Source: Eledone cirrhosa
Taxonomy: Eukaryota
Direction: 5' to 3'
Assembly (NCBI GenBank): GCA_964016885.1
Contig: OZ024753.1
Location: 37,572,001-37,636,000 of the forward strand
DNA length: 64,000 nucleotides
The position numbers were made by a program, and so were the translations under genes. This document shows, in pieces, positions 43,883-58,965 of this stretch. The stretch's first letter is position 1. Each line of letters begins with the position of its first letter. The notes beneath the pieces are model-generated. The model searched no databases. It worked only from the letters and a program-made list of their open reading frames with translations, and had not been told where the DNA came from.

Positions 43883-44408
43883 ATATATATCACATATATA
43901 TATATGTGTGTGTGTGTGTATTTGTGTGTGTGTGTGTGTGTGTGTGTACACAAACCACTTGTAATATCCACAGCTGCTATCTATATATTTTATGGTGAAA
44001 CGAGGAACTGATTTTGTTCAACAGCGGCTGACGAAGTGAATAGTCAATGAAACATCTCGATATCTCACGAGGTAACTTGCAGAATACATTCCCTATTTTC
44101 TTTATGCTGTATATTTGATGACCATTCTTCCCACTTGTTTCATTCACATTGCTATAAAACCAAAACACTGCCTTCTTATTCAATCACCGTGCACTTTCAG
44201 TGATTAAATAAATCGCTGAGATTAATTACACAGCTTTTGTTTTATACTTCATGTGTTTAGGTTAGATTTAACTAATTAAAATGTATCTAATTTGTGTGGC
44301 CTTGAAAAGATGAAAGGCAAAGTTGATCTCGGTGGGATTTGAACACAGAACATAGAAAGTCGTATGTAAATGTCACAAAGCATTTTATCTAACGGTCTAC
44401 AGATTCTG

Positions 44409-44517
<109 letters not shown>

Positions 44518-44884
44518 ATAATATTCATATATATATGAATATTATAAATATATATATATATATATATATATTCATACACTCACATACAAACTCTCACATA
44601 CACACACACACACATACACACACATAATATATCTATCTCTAATAGATATATTAAAAATGATAAGTCTGACAAATCTAATTATTTTTACATCGTCTGTCGA
44701 GTGTCATATAGAAATAGTGAAACGAAACCTCGCTGTGTTCCACCATTCGTTCTTTATTAATTTTGATTGCTTCTTCTATTCACTGTGATTCTAACATGTC
44801 ACAATTAATTCGACTCTTACTGCTTCAAAGTTTTGTATTTTGAGAGCGGTTAGTCTGAGGAGAGCTACATTGTTTCGCCTTAAA

Positions 44885-45570
44885 CTCGTTGTTGTTGTTG
44901 TAGTTGTTCTTTCAGTTGTTGTTTCTCTTGTTGTTGTAGTTGTTGTTTCTCTTGTTGTTGTAGTTGTTGTTTCTCTTGTTGTTGTAGTTGTTGTTTCAGT
45001 TGTTGTTGATGCTGTTGTTGATGTTGTGGTTGTTGTTTCTGTTGATGTTATTTTTGTCTTTGTTGTTGTGATATTTATAGTTGTGGTTGTTGTTGGTTTT
45101 TGTTGTGGGTGTCGCCGTCGTAACTGTTGTGGTTGTTGTCATTGTTGATTTTGTCGTTATTGTTGTTGTTTTGTTGTTGTTGTAGTTGTTCTCTCAGTTG
45201 TTGTTTCTCTTGTTGTTGTAGTTATTGTTTCTCTTGTTGTTGTAGTTGTTGTTTCAGTTGTTGTTTCAGTTGTTGTTGATGTTGTGGTTGTTGTTTCTGT
45301 TGATGTTATTTTTGTCGTTGTTGTTGTGATATTTATAGTTGTGGTTGTTGTTGGTTTTTGTTGTGGGCGTCGCCGTCGTAACTGTTGTGGTTGTTGTCAT
45401 TGTTGATTTTGTCGTTATTGTTGTTGTTTTGTTGTTGTGGCTGTCGTTATCATTATTGTTGTGGTTGTTGTCACCGTTGTTGTCGTCGTCGTCGTCGTCG
45501 TCGTCGTTGTTATGATTGTTCTTATCATTGTTGCTGTTGTTACTGTTATTACTGTTGCTGTTGTCATTAT
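44885..45570. repeat. (GTT)n-rich low-complexity tract with an internal ~265-bp duplication
   Basis: cgccgtcgtaactgttgtggttgttgtcattgttgattttgtcg occurs at ~45113 and ~45371. Confidence 0.85.
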
Positions 45571-46237
45571 CGTGTTTGTTTAGTGTTATGGTTGTTTAGT
45601 TCTAGGTCAGATCTGATCAAGCTTGAACTTATTCCAGACGTGACCTTCTCAATTATTTTGTTTTGTTCCTACAAGCACCGTGATGGTGTCTAAATTCACA
45701 TTATTCCAATGGGCCCTACCTACAGTTTTATTTGGTTTGTTTTGTCGTTTGATAAGGGTTTGCCTGCTCCCTTAATAGTTCAGGGGGTTTCTAAAGTGAT
45801 CTACAATCTTCCCACACTAGAGAGATGGAATTATTTTTGCGGGGTCGAAAATTGATGGGGCTCAACAGGGAATAGATAAGTTTCTAATGGACTGCAAAGA
45901 ATCAAAAATATTTTGCTTGATATGTATAAAGCAATGTTTATAAAGATGGGGTGCATGCCTTCAGAATGGGGCGTATGGCTTCAGAATAAGGTTTTAGTAT
46001 GGTGCGGAGGGCTTTAGAATGTGGTATAGGAATTTAGAAGTGAGATTAGGGCTTAAGAATGTGGCATATGGTTACAGAATGGGGTGTAGGGATTTTCAAG
46101 TTACAACACAGCATTTGTCTTCAATGAAACATGAGCAAGAAGACAGACAGGTGTGTAGTTACGTCACAGAAGTAACACGGGAATAAAACTTGCAATAAAC
46201 TTTTAATTATATACATATATGTATACATGCATGTATT

Positions 46238-46277
<40 letters not shown>

Positions 46278-46415
46278 TATAGATGCATACATGTGTATGC
46301 ATATACATACATACATACATACATACATACATACATACATACATACATACATACATACATACATACGTACGTACGTACGTACGTACGTACTTACATACAT
46401 ATGCATATATATATA

Positions 46416-46483
<68 letters not shown>

Positions 46484-46559
46484 TATGTATGTAAGTACGT
46501 ACGTATGTATGTATGTGTGTATATATATATATACACACATACACATATCTGCATGCATA

Positions 46560-46623
<64 letters not shown>

Positions 46624-47016
46624 AATATATGCATGTATATATGTATTTATATATATATATATATATATACATGCATATATACATATACATGTATATGTTT
46701 GTATATATACATACACATACATACGTGTATGCGTGAATGTGAATGTGCATGTTATATACTTTGTCCGAACAAGTCGAAATATACGTTTCTTTTAGGGGCG
46801 TGGGACGAAAATGGGGGAGAAACATTAGTCAAAGGTTAAATAATTAATCATAACTAATCCTTAACTGCAAGGCGTGGGAAAGTTGCCCAGGTCAGAGCAG
46901 GTATGGACTGGTTTCAGTCAGTAGACTGTGGCCATGCTGGAGCATTGCCTTCCTTCAATTGATCATAACATCCCCAGAAGGTTTTTCAAAGAGGCACAGA
47001 CATAAACGTATATATG

Positions 47017-47051
<35 letters not shown>

Positions 47052-47170
47052 GGCGTGTGGCTGAGTGGTTAGAGAATTGGATTCACAATCTTGAGGTTGT
47101 GAGTTCGAGTCCTGGACCGGTCGATGCGTTATGTCCTTGAGCAAGACATTTTATTTTACGTTGCTCCTTC
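47052..47170 (+). mobile_element. tRNA-headed SINE of a second family
   Basis: A box tggctgagtgg, B box gagttcgagtcc, then gtccttgagcaagaca (CORE-like); related head at ~24160-24228. Confidence 0.65.
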
Positions 47171-47273
47171 TACCTGGAGTTGCGACCGGTAGGTAGTACT
47201 AGCAACTGGAAAGACCGATGGAAACATTGTTTCCTCGGTCCGACTTGACGAAAGTCCATCGTTTAGAATTTAG

Positions 47274-47313
<40 letters not shown>

Positions 47314-47384
47314 ATATATACATGTATATATACGTATATATATATATATATATGAGCCTACATTAACTCCGCGTTACACTCCCT

Positions 47385-47424
<40 letters not shown>

Positions 47425-47751
47425 GCATTCGGACGCACACACACATAGATATGTGACATAATTTCTTAAGCTTCAGTAATGCACCTCTCCAAGGATCTGC
47501 GACCTAGACTGCTGCCTAGTTGACCTTCATGGGAGCGCCGACCATAATTACATGAGGCCCGACGTCATAGTCGAGTGACCGGCTAAAAGCAGATCATATT
47601 ACAAGGTTTTTGGTCAAGAGTACACTTAAGCTGTCGACCCCAGTAGTGACGCCACTGTAACCTCAGAACACAGGATGTTAATACACCCAGTACAGTGATA
47701 AAACTTGCAACATGCGCCTGCCTACATCATAGCTTCATGTATGTATGTATA

Positions 47752-47783
<32 letters not shown>

Positions 47784-47952
47784 ATTGTATGTGTGTGTGT
47801 ATTTATGCGTTTATATATGCATGTATCTATGTATTTATTTATGTGAAGGCATATGCACACATATCCATATGTACTAAAACATATGTGTTTGCACACACAT
47901 GTATATATATATATAACCTATGCATTTATATATACGTATATGAAAATACATT

Positions 47953-48033
<81 letters not shown>

Positions 48034-48538
48034 GTGTATATATGTGAGTGCTATCTGACACCAACTCTAAAGAGTAGATTCTGTTGCCAGAACTGACATG
48101 ACCATCCCAAAATATAACAATATGTGTGTGTGTGTGTTAGAAAGACAGGCAGACAGACAAACAGATAGACAGACAGATAGAGATAGATAGATAGATAGAT
48201 AGATAGAGGTTGCCATATATCCATGTAGTACACATCCTAGTTTTATGTTAGTCACGTTAACAGAAATATTTTTACAATAGCATGTCCCGTTTCTTTTTAA
48301 AGATACATATTTAGATGTGAAGGTCAATGACCCTTGAAGGTGGGGGGGGGGGTTCTATTGTTCCATGAATAAGACATTAACATTGAACATTCGAAATATT
48401 TTGTGCTTCTTTCATTTGTTTTAAAGATGCATGAAACAAATGTCTCTTTAACTCTTTAATGTCTCTTTAACTCTTTAAACTGATACTTTTAGAAATGACA
48501 TAAACAGAATTGGTAGTTTTATTGGTAATGTGTCTCAC

Positions 48539-48598
<60 letters not shown>

Positions 48599-48862
48599 TT
48601 TATTTGTCTGCCTCTTTGTTTTGTTCCCGTCTAAATTTGCACTATATATATATATATGATGTGAGAAAAACCATAGACCCTCCATCTCAACTCTACTTTT
48701 GAAAAGCAGAAGAACTGCGAAACCGGTAAAGGAACCAAATAAATATATATATATTTTTTTAAATAACACTCCAGTTGCATTTTCGATTTCATCTTTTTTT
48801 CTTTATACTTTCACTCGTGTAGGACACCTCGGTTATTTTTCATTTTGTAAAAAAACCCACCC

Positions 48863-48910
<48 letters not shown>

Positions 48911-49134
48911 GTATATATATAGTGGCGGACTGGGTCTAAAAGTATTGGTTGCCAGGAGATGAAGTGGGGCCACCTACATATAGAATGCTATCGTTTAATC
49001 TTTATAATGAATAAATAACATTTTTGAAAAATACATAAGTGGAAACAAAACAGTGCAATCAAATTTTTGCTGAAAAATATCTTACCTTCTCCAATAAAAA
49101 ATATTATGTATTTTGCGAAATCCAGACACTTTCA

Positions 49135-49304
49135 ATAATTGTTTCTACGTTTGGCACAAGGCCAGCAATTACCCAGTGCATTACTGGTACTTTATTTTAT
49201 CGACCCCGTAAGGATGAAAGGCAAAGTTAACCTCGGCGGGATTTGAACTCAAAATGGCAAGGGCCGTAACTCTATGCGTCAGTCAAGGCATGGCGTCCGA
49301 CCCT
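49135..49304 (-). mobile_element. Young SINE copy
   Basis: Matches 13644-13815. Confidence 0.85.
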
Positions 49305-49473
49305 CTACCGATATCCTTTGGTCTTCCACTCTCTCACTCAATATATATATATATATATATTATTATATATATATATATATAATCAAATTAAATTAATTCA
49401 ACAGTTAAACACATATAGAAATAATAAGGTTGTTACCAAAGTGCTAGAAGATTGACAAGTCTAAATATTACTA

Positions 49474-49879
49474 ATAACTCTAGGAAAACCATGAACGACG
49501 CCACCTCTTTTTAACTTTGATTTTGAAAGTAGGTTTATAATTATCAATTTTCATTATACGTTTGTAGCTGTCTCGGTGGCCTACTTGTAGGAATCATAGT
49601 CGGTGGTGATCCTGGTCTAAAGTTCGATCCTGGGAGTAGGGTTCCCGGTAAACCTTTTCAGTTTTTTTCTATGGGTTGTAAAATAAAAACCGAAAAAGGT
49701 TACATGTATCGCTTGACCAGGATTGAACCCAAGGCCAGGGTCTCCACCGTCTCTAGTACCTCCCGATAGGCCACCGAGACAACTACGAAAATCCAATGAA
49801 AAATCATACTTATAAACCTACCTTCAAAATTTTCAAAACAAAATAATGCGGTGTCGTTCATGTCTTTCTTAATGTTATT
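49474..49879. other. Diverged ~200-bp inverted repeat forming two convergent Pol III-like (A box / B box / oligo-T) units
   Basis: Plus: gtagctgtctcggtggccta..gttcgatcctgg..ccttttcagttttttt; minus: gtagttgtctcggtggccta..ggttcaatcctgg..cctttttcggttttt; upstream blocks catgaacgac and ttttgaa.gtaggtttataa are shared. Confidence 0.65.
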
Positions 49880-50076
49880 GCTCCTATTTAAGGTCGACTT
49901 CTAAATCATTTGGGTGTTCTACAAAGTACATCCTCGTTTTGTTTCTTATCTGTCTAGACTATATTTTAACCTGTAATCCATGTTTCATTTCTGTTGCACC
50001 TCATTTCTCCCCTGTGGGCTCATGCAATGCTACCGTGAGCTCCAGCTATGCTAAGGTATGTCAATATCTTAACACA

Positions 50077-50183
50077 CCGCCGAGGTTAACTTTGCCTTTC
50101 ATCCTTACGGGGTCGATAAAATAAAGTACCAGTAATGTACTGGGCAATTTGCTGGCCTTGTGCCTAAAGTAGAAACAATTATA
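50077..50183 (+). mobile_element. Young SINE 3' half
   Basis: cgccgaggttaactttgcctttcatccttacggggtcgata...gcctaaagtagaaacaattata. Confidence 0.85.
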
Positions 50184-50245
50184 TTATTTTATCTGATGAA
50201 AGCGCAAAAAAACTTTGTGTCCTTGAAATACGTATAATAAAATAA
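50184..50245 (+). ncRNA. Type-I hammerhead ribozyme (family C)
   Basis: ttattttat CTGATGA aag-cgcaaa-aaaac-tttgtg-tc-ctt GAAAT ACGT ATA ataaaataa. Confidence 0.85.
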
Positions 50246-50551
50246 ATATGGTATTATAAATGATATTTCCCACTTATTAATATATATATATATTAATAAG
50301 TGGGAAATATCATTTATAATACCTAGGATGAGTATTTTAAACTTTATTTTATCATGAGTTAAGGTTCTATTGATTTTTCCATGGATTTCACTAAATTCTG
50401 TTGGATAAATCGATATCCTGATTCTTTTTGAATTGAGTTTGAATTATTTTTCCCACATCTTACGTTAACTATTTTCCCATTTTGACGCTATAGTCACTTA
50501 TATATTATGGAATACTGTTGGCTTCTTGCTACAATACTTTCTATACCTTTC

Positions 50552-50667
<116 letters not shown>

Positions 50668-50791
50668 CTATATATATATTTATTAACATAAGTTTAAGCA
50701 AAGAATCGCTGCTTTCACCCTTAACGGGATCTTCTGAAACTAACAAAGTCAATCTGTGAACGCAGATTTTAGTCTTCAAATTTATTATTAT

Positions 50792-50852
<61 letters not shown>

Positions 50853-51312
50853 CATACATATATATATAAAGAATCTGATGGGTACAATTCTACAGTAGTA
50901 TATAGACCTCGTGTATTTCTCCTCGTACAATCGTACATACATTACGTTCTGGTTTTCTAAATGATCCGGTATTATATCCACATTGGTGAAGTGGGAAAAC
51001 GTGTCTATAATTTGATGAGTCCAACAGAAACCGGACCAGGCATCGGCTCAGTGAATTATTTTGGCGGCTCGGAAAAGGAATACTATTACATAGAATATAT
51101 TCATACATATATACAATTCGAAAAATCTGACAATCATTATCATTAGCCTTTTTATACTGCCTGGCTACTCCTGCCTCTGTGTAAAGAGGATAGATCAGAT
51201 CTATACTTTTCTAATGAGACTCGGCGTTCTGTTAGACATACATATGATAGAATTCACAAATTGTTAACGACGCGAAAAGTGCTTCTGTCGCTGATAGTTC
51301 CCTCTCTCTCGT

Positions 51313-51349
<37 letters not shown>

Positions 51350-51371
51350 GTGTATGTGTATATATATATAT

Positions 51372-51582
<211 letters not shown>

Positions 51583-51691
51583 CATACATATATATATGTG
51601 TATGTATATAATCACTTCCCTCTCTCACTCTCAATCTCTCTCGTTCTACATATGTATGTGCCTATGTGTGTGTGTGTGTATCACTACCACC

Positions 51692-51726
<35 letters not shown>

Positions 51727-52154
51727 TCCTCTATCTCTCTCTCTCTCTCTCTCAATCTCTCCGGTAAGGAAAAGAAGAAATATGTGAAGCCATCATTCTT
51801 TTCCTTAAATGTGTTATTCAACTTTACAACTGAGGGAGGTAAAGTCAAAGGAGGAGAAAGGCAGGGACTAAGAAAGGCCCCTTCATGCTATAATAATTCC
51901 CAACCAACTGAGGAGGGAATGTATCAGTTGGGAGCTAACTATCGCCGCCATTTTGCTTTGTTTTTAGTCTATTTTATTTCGTTTTTACTTTTATGTATTT
52001 ATTCTCCGTTGGTTTTAGTCAATTGCATTTGGAAAATAATGACATAAACTTATTGGCATTTAAACATTATGTTTTAATGACTTAATGAGTATTTTGAAAA
52101 TACGAAAACACAAAACCTTCTATTTGAATGTTTAGATGTATACATATGTATCTA

Positions 52155-52228
<74 letters not shown>

Positions 52229-52248
52229 CATATATATATATATGTATA

Positions 52249-52338
<90 letters not shown>

Positions 52339-52402
52339 TATAGATATATATGTGTGTGTGTGTATGAATATACATACATATATATATATGTATATATATG
52401 TG

Positions 52403-52433
<31 letters not shown>

Positions 52434-53015
52434 GTATATATATATATGTATATATATATGTGTGTGTATGTATATATGTATAAGTGTAAAAATATATCTG
52501 TAAGGAGCTATATAAGAGACCATATAATTGCCAAAAAGTTTTACACAAAGCTCAATGTGTTTATGTAGTAATAGTTGTGTATATATGTATATGTGTATAT
52601 ATGTATATGTGCATATATATGTATGTGTGTGCAGCTATTGTTTCTCCTAACAGATCCATATCCACATCGTAGTTTTAAAAGCCACATTCACAACATTATC
52701 ATTTCATAGAACAGTGATTTCTAAATCCTTTTGTATTTATTTATTTAGTCTAGAACAAGTAAAAATATTTTGAATGCTTCTTGTACCTAAATTCAGAAAT
52801 CTATTCAAACGAGCTATTCATAAATATTAGCATAGGATAAAGTAAAAATATAGATAATTATAAATACAGGAAAATTATTTTACCTCCTTCTTTACTCCAC
52901 ATATCCACACTATGTGTATCTACACAGTCAACATTCACACACTTTATATATATCTATACAGTTAACTTCTACACACTATATATATATATATATATCTTTA
53001 CAGTCAACTTCTACA

Positions 53016-53121
<106 letters not shown>

Positions 53122-53294
53122 TCAGCATCTACACACTATATGTATCTATACAGTCAACATAACCCTAAACCTATCCCTAATCTTACACACACATATTGAA
53201 GGGCCATAACTCTATGCCACGAAGCAGGGTGGCTGATGGCCTAACGATGTTGTCAATTATGCACCATTATGTGGCGACAGTAATAATAACAACC

Positions 53295-53615
53295 AAAATA
53301 TTGACAAAATCCAAGGGTGATGGCGACCTGACATAGTGATCAAGAATCACTGAACTATGACTCCAGTCCTGATTAATAAGTCATGCCCAGTTGGCGAGAA
53401 TATTTGCACCTAAGGAGGGCTACAAGCTATCCAAACAGTAAAGTGTTTGCACAGAAAGTTGTGAGAGACACAGTTTGAGTCATCGGCTATAACGTCTGGG
53501 TTTTCATCAGTACAACAGATACAGAAATGACCTTTGGGATAAAATCTTTTCCAGTCCATTGAAACAGAGAAGAATATCTTGAAGTGGGATTGCCCATATC
53601 GTAGGAGATGGCAGC
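53295..53615 (+). pseudogene. Heavily degraded R4/Dong-like RLE endonuclease fragment
   Basis: RPDIVIKNH*TMTPVLINKSCPVGENI / KEGYKLSK ... GIAHIV resembles RPDIV..LID.S.P.D.N...KE.EK..KY...GTAHIL; preceded by a short (TAA)n. Confidence 0.55.
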
Positions 53616-53632
53616 TTCAAAGTATTCAAACA

Positions 53633-53724
<92 letters not shown>

Positions 53725-53741
53725 GCATATATATATATATG

Positions 53742-53810
<69 letters not shown>

Positions 53811-53872
53811 GCATGTATATATATGTGTGTATAGTTCACCATACCGAGAACAATTGTTTCACCTTAGCGGTA

Positions 53873-53945
<73 letters not shown>

Positions 53946-54537
53946 CAATCAATTTCTAGTTGATATAAAATATTCGGATCTATTCATTGGAACCTTTGAG
54001 CATATTCTACAGTGGATATGGCGCATGTCTCTCGGACATGACACCCTTAATTTAATTTCGTATATACATATATATATACATATATATATACAAAATTAAT
54101 ATATATATATATGGCGACCGAGAAACCAAAGTTTAGTCATCACAATGAAAGCATCCAGTGGTTCCAAAGTTTACGTCAGGTGCGGAGCAAAACTAAGTGG
54201 AAGCAAAGTCAGGCCTACTTCGGAAGGGATTTGTAACTAAACTCCTACCAATTACGGGTCTGTTACTTTCCCACCACCCACCCACCACCACCGATTAAGT
54301 TCGTATACTTTCTCGACAGACCTCGTGTGAGTGAGCTATATGGGCGTCTTATTTATAATAGATTCAATATTAGTTCTTTGGTCCGAGTTATCGCCTTACG
54401 GTTTACGGCATTTCATTTCACCAGGTTGGAAATATTAGACAACAGCAAATTTACGGGGTTTTTTTAAAAGCAAATACACATGTATGCTCAACAGTTATTA
54501 CAGTTATTTTCTACGTTCAGGAGTCTCACATTTTCAA

Positions 54538-54574
<37 letters not shown>

Positions 54575-54730
54575 AAAAAAGATGAAATGCAACTGGAGTC
54601 TTTTAAAGAATATTTATTTGCTTCCTTTACCGGTTCCACAGTTCTTATGTTTTTCAAAAGTAGAATTGAGATGGAGGGTTTGTCGTTTTTCTCATATATA
54701 TATATATTGGAGATATCTGTATATATATAT

Positions 54731-54845
<115 letters not shown>

Positions 54846-55167
54846 TGATCAGTGGATTTGCTAATATGCAGATCTGACTGATCACCCAGTCTGCTAATAT
54901 GCAAATCAGACCGATCAGTCATTGTGTATTTTTGAAAATAGCATATATTTTCACTAGCTCTGACAGTTTGGCAGGTGAACAGTGAGCTGTACTGATGAAG
55001 GATGATACCCAGAAACATTAGTGTCTGCAGTTCTGTTCACATGCCAACACAAGAACAACAATGAAGAGTTCATTCTACACTGACATGGCTATAAAATTGA
55101 GGCTTGTTTGAATAATTGCAAACGAATCGAATGTTATTATTAATATTCGAAAAACTCAGATTACATT

Positions 55168-55269
<102 letters not shown>

Positions 55270-55300
55270 GGTTACACAACAGTTAGTTCACCATACCGAG

Positions 55301-55426
<126 letters not shown>

Positions 55427-55788
55427 GAAAAAGATTGTTTATATATATATGAATATGGGAAAAAGAGTGTTTATATATATATGAATAAGGGAAAAAGAGT
55501 GTTTATATATATCTATATATATCGGAGATATCGGTTTAGTTCTTCTATAGCGAGTTTGTCTTTTACTCCTACCTCCCTTCTTCTGATTACCGATTGCTGA
55601 AGCTGGCACATTACTCCTATCTAGTTGTATTCATAATATCAAATAGATAACAAAGGTTTTCATCTTCTTTCCATATTTAGGTCAGAGATCTTGCAATACA
55701 TAGCTATGTAGTTATGTTATTGTTTTAAATTTAACATTAATAGGTAATTCAGAAATACAAAATAGATTTACTCTAAGGATTCAACGTT

Positions 55789-57543
55789 GATCTCTCGTTA
55801 CAGTCTCTCGTTACAGTCTCTCGTTACAGTCTCTCGTTGCAGTCTCTCGTTACAGTCTCTCGTTGCAGTCTCTCGTTGCAGTCTCTCGTTGCAGTCTCTC
55901 GTTACAGTCTCTCGTTGCAGTCTCTCGTTGCAGTCTCTCGTTGCAGTCTCTCGTTACAGTCTCTCGTTGCAGTCTCTCGTTACAGTCTCTCGTTGCAGTC
56001 TCTCGTTACAGTCTCTCGTTGCAGTCTCTCGTTACAGTCTCTCGTTACAGTCTCTCGTTACAGTCTCTCGTTGCAGTCTCTCGTTACAGTCTCCCGTTGC
56101 AGTCTCTCGTTACAGTCTCTCGTTGCAGTCTCTCGTTACAGTCTCTCGTTACAGTCTCTCGTTGCAGTCTCTCGTTACAGTCTCTCGTTACAGTCTCTCG
56201 TTGCAGTCTCTCGTTACAGTCTCTCGTTACAGTCTCTCGTTACAGTCTCTCGTTACAGTCTCTCGTACAGTCTCTCGTTACAGTCTCTCGTTGCAGTCTC
56301 TCGTTACAGTCTCTCGTTGCAGTCTCTCGTTGCAGTCTCTCGTTGCAGTCTCTCGTTACAGTCTCTCGTTGCAGTCTCTCGTTAAGTCTCCCGTTGCAGT
56401 CTCTCGTTGCAGTCTCTCGTTACAGTCTCTCGTTACAGTCTCTCGTTACAGTCTCTCGTTGCAGTCTCTCGTTACAGTCTCTCGTTGCAGTCTCTCGTTA
56501 CAGTCTCCCGTTGCAGTCTCTCGTTGCAGTCTCTCGTTACAGTCTCTCGTTACAGTCTCCCGTTGCAGTCTCTCGTTGCAGTCTCTCGTTACAGTCTCTC
56601 GTTACAGTCTCTCGTTACAGTCTCTCGTTACAGTCTCTCGTTGCAGTCTCTCGTTACAGTCTCTCGTTACAGTCTCCCGTTGCAGTCTCTCGTTGCAGTC
56701 TCTCGTTACAGTCTCTCGTTGCAGTCTCTCGTTGCAGTCTCTCGTTGCAGTCTCTCGTTACAGTCTCTCGTTACAGTCTCTCGTTACAGTCTCTCGTTGC
56801 AGTCTCTCGTTACAGTCTCTCGTTACAGTCTCTCGTTGCAGTCTCTCGTTACAGTCTCTCGTTACAGTTTCTCGTTGCAGTCTCTCGTTACAGTCTCTCG
56901 TTACAGTCTCTCGTTACAGTCTCCCGTTGCAGTCTCTCGTTGCAGTCTCTCGTTACAGTCTCTCGTTGCAGTCTCTCGTTGCAGTCTCTCGTTGCAGTCT
57001 CTCGTTGCAGTCTCTCGTTACAGTCTCTCGTTACAGTCTCTCGTTGCAGTCTCTCGTTGCAGTCTCTCGTTACAGTCTCTCGTTACAATCTCTCGTTGCA
57101 GTCTCTCGTTGCAGTCTCTCGTTACAGTCTCCCGTTGCAGTCTCTCGTTGCAGTCTCTCGTTACAGTCTCTCGTTACAATCTCTCGTTGCAGTCTCTCGT
57201 TGCAGTCTCTCGTTACAGTCTCCCGTTGCAGTCTCTCGTTGCAGTCTCTCGTTACAGTCTCTCGTTACAATCTCTCGTTGCAGTCTCTCGTTGCAGTCTC
57301 TCGTTACAGTCTCTCGTTGCAGTCTCTCGTTGCAGTCTCTCGGTGCAGTCTCTCGTTACAGTCTCTCGTTACAGTCTCTCGTTACAGTCTCCCGTTGCAG
57401 TCTCTCGTTACAGTCTCTCGTTGCAGTCTCTCGTTGCAGTCTCTCGTTGCAGTCTCTCGTTGCAGTCTCTCGTTGCAGTCTCTCGTTACAGTCTCTCGTT
57501 GCAGTCTCTCGTTGCAGTCTCTCGTTGCAGTCTCTCGTTGCAG
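55789..57543. repeat. 13-bp satellite (cagtctctcgtt[a/g]), ~135 copies
   Basis: Directly visible; explains the four long SLSLQSLV ORFs. Confidence 0.97.
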
Positions 57544-57902
57544 TTGACCCTTGAAAATATAATTATATTATGCTTACATAACTATATAAATATATATATG
57601 TGTGTGTGTTTGTGTGTGTGTGTGTGTATGTGCTTGTGTTTGTATGTATAAGTATGTATATATATACATAATATATATATATGTATGTAAGTATATTATA
57701 TATTTATATATATATATGTATATAGGATTAGAATACTGGAGCGTGTTTAAGTCAAACACCCTCTTCGTATTATAGAAATGACAGTAAAAGGTATAGCTCA
57801 ATGCAGTTAAACAGAGCGAAAATTAAGAGAGTAAAACAAAGAATCCTTTAATACATCAAAGTTTTTATTAGCCGACAATGTTTCGTCCTATTAAGGACTC
57901 AT

Positions 57903-58238
57903 TCAAACACCTTTAAGACTAGGTTTAACTCTCATATCTCTAACTTCAAACATATTAGGTTTAAGAATTCTACCTCTCTAGCGCATTATATCTGGGACCT
58001 TAAGGGAGCTTGTATACCATATAGCCTTAACTGGAGTTTAGTAGCACGATCTAACCACCTTTCTGCACATAGTAAGTTTTGTAATCTCTGTATACTTGAG
58101 ACACACTCTATTATTTTCTCTAGCGTACCCTTACTGAATAGAAAGTCTGAGATATTCTCTTCTTGCCCCCATGCAATTTCTAATTCTTACTTTTATTATA
58201 AACCCAAATGTTCTAGTAGTACAAATCGTACCCATTAG
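57903..58238 (+). pseudogene. PLE GIY-YIG endonuclease C-terminal half (111 codons plus stop; no start codon, so absent from the ORF track)
   Basis: SNTFKTRFNSHISNFKHIRFKNSTSLAHYIWDLK...LNWSLV...FCNLCILETHSI...LLNRKSEIFSSCPH: catalytic R, E and N motifs plus CxLC and CxH. Confidence 0.85.
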
Positions 58239-58445
58239 CAGATATATTCCATTACTTAGTTCTTTGTTTGGGTTCTTTTGTTTGCCAACACTATTGTTAT
58301 CATTGGTTTTTGATGACTCTTCATTCTAGCTCTCATAATCATTTGGCCACTGTACCGTATCTATGTCTTCACTATTACACCTTATTAGTATACATAAGAT
58401 TACACACGTTATTACCTTTATATATTCTTTTATTATCATTAACTT

Positions 58446-58965
58446 TAATTTTTAATTTTAACATTATTTTTATCATTATTTTTATTTTTATTTTCAATTC
58501 TATTTATATTTTTATTTCTAAGTCTATTCTGATTTATCTATTAACCCCCCCCCCCTCCCCCCCCCCATGCACGCATAAACTTATTGTCAACCCCCCTAGA
58601 TTGAATATGATTATATTAACCCCCCCCCCCCACTCTTTTATGCTCTGTTCTATTATTTATTATAGTATATCGAATTTATTATAATTTATTATAGTATATC
58701 GAATTTATTTATAATTATAGTATATTTAATTTTTAATTTTAACATTATTTTTATTTTCATTTTTATTTTTAATTTTAATTCTATTTATATTTTTATTTCT
58801 AAGTCTATTCTGATTTATCTATTAACCCCCCCCCTTCTCCCCCCCCCCCCCCCCCATGCACGCATAAACTTATTGTCAACCCCTCTAGATTAAATATGAT
58901 TATATTAACCCCCCCCCCACTCTTTTATGCTCTGTTCTATTATTTATTATAGTATATCGAATATA
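58446..58965. repeat. ~280-bp direct tandem duplication inside the PLE 3' region, with poly-C runs
   Basis: ttctatttatatttttatttctaagtctattctg at ~58498 and ~58779. Confidence 0.9.

Noticed and set aside
47052-47125. Functional tRNA gene
   Set aside because: The tRNA-like head runs into a SINE body and lacks a clean acceptor stem
51005-51290. TTGATGA-gtcc..ggac and CTAATGA..GAAA motifs
   Set aside because: Core incomplete and stems I and III not pairable
55787-57651. 414-586-aa ORFs
   Set aside because: Read-through of the 13-bp satellite in all plus-strand frames
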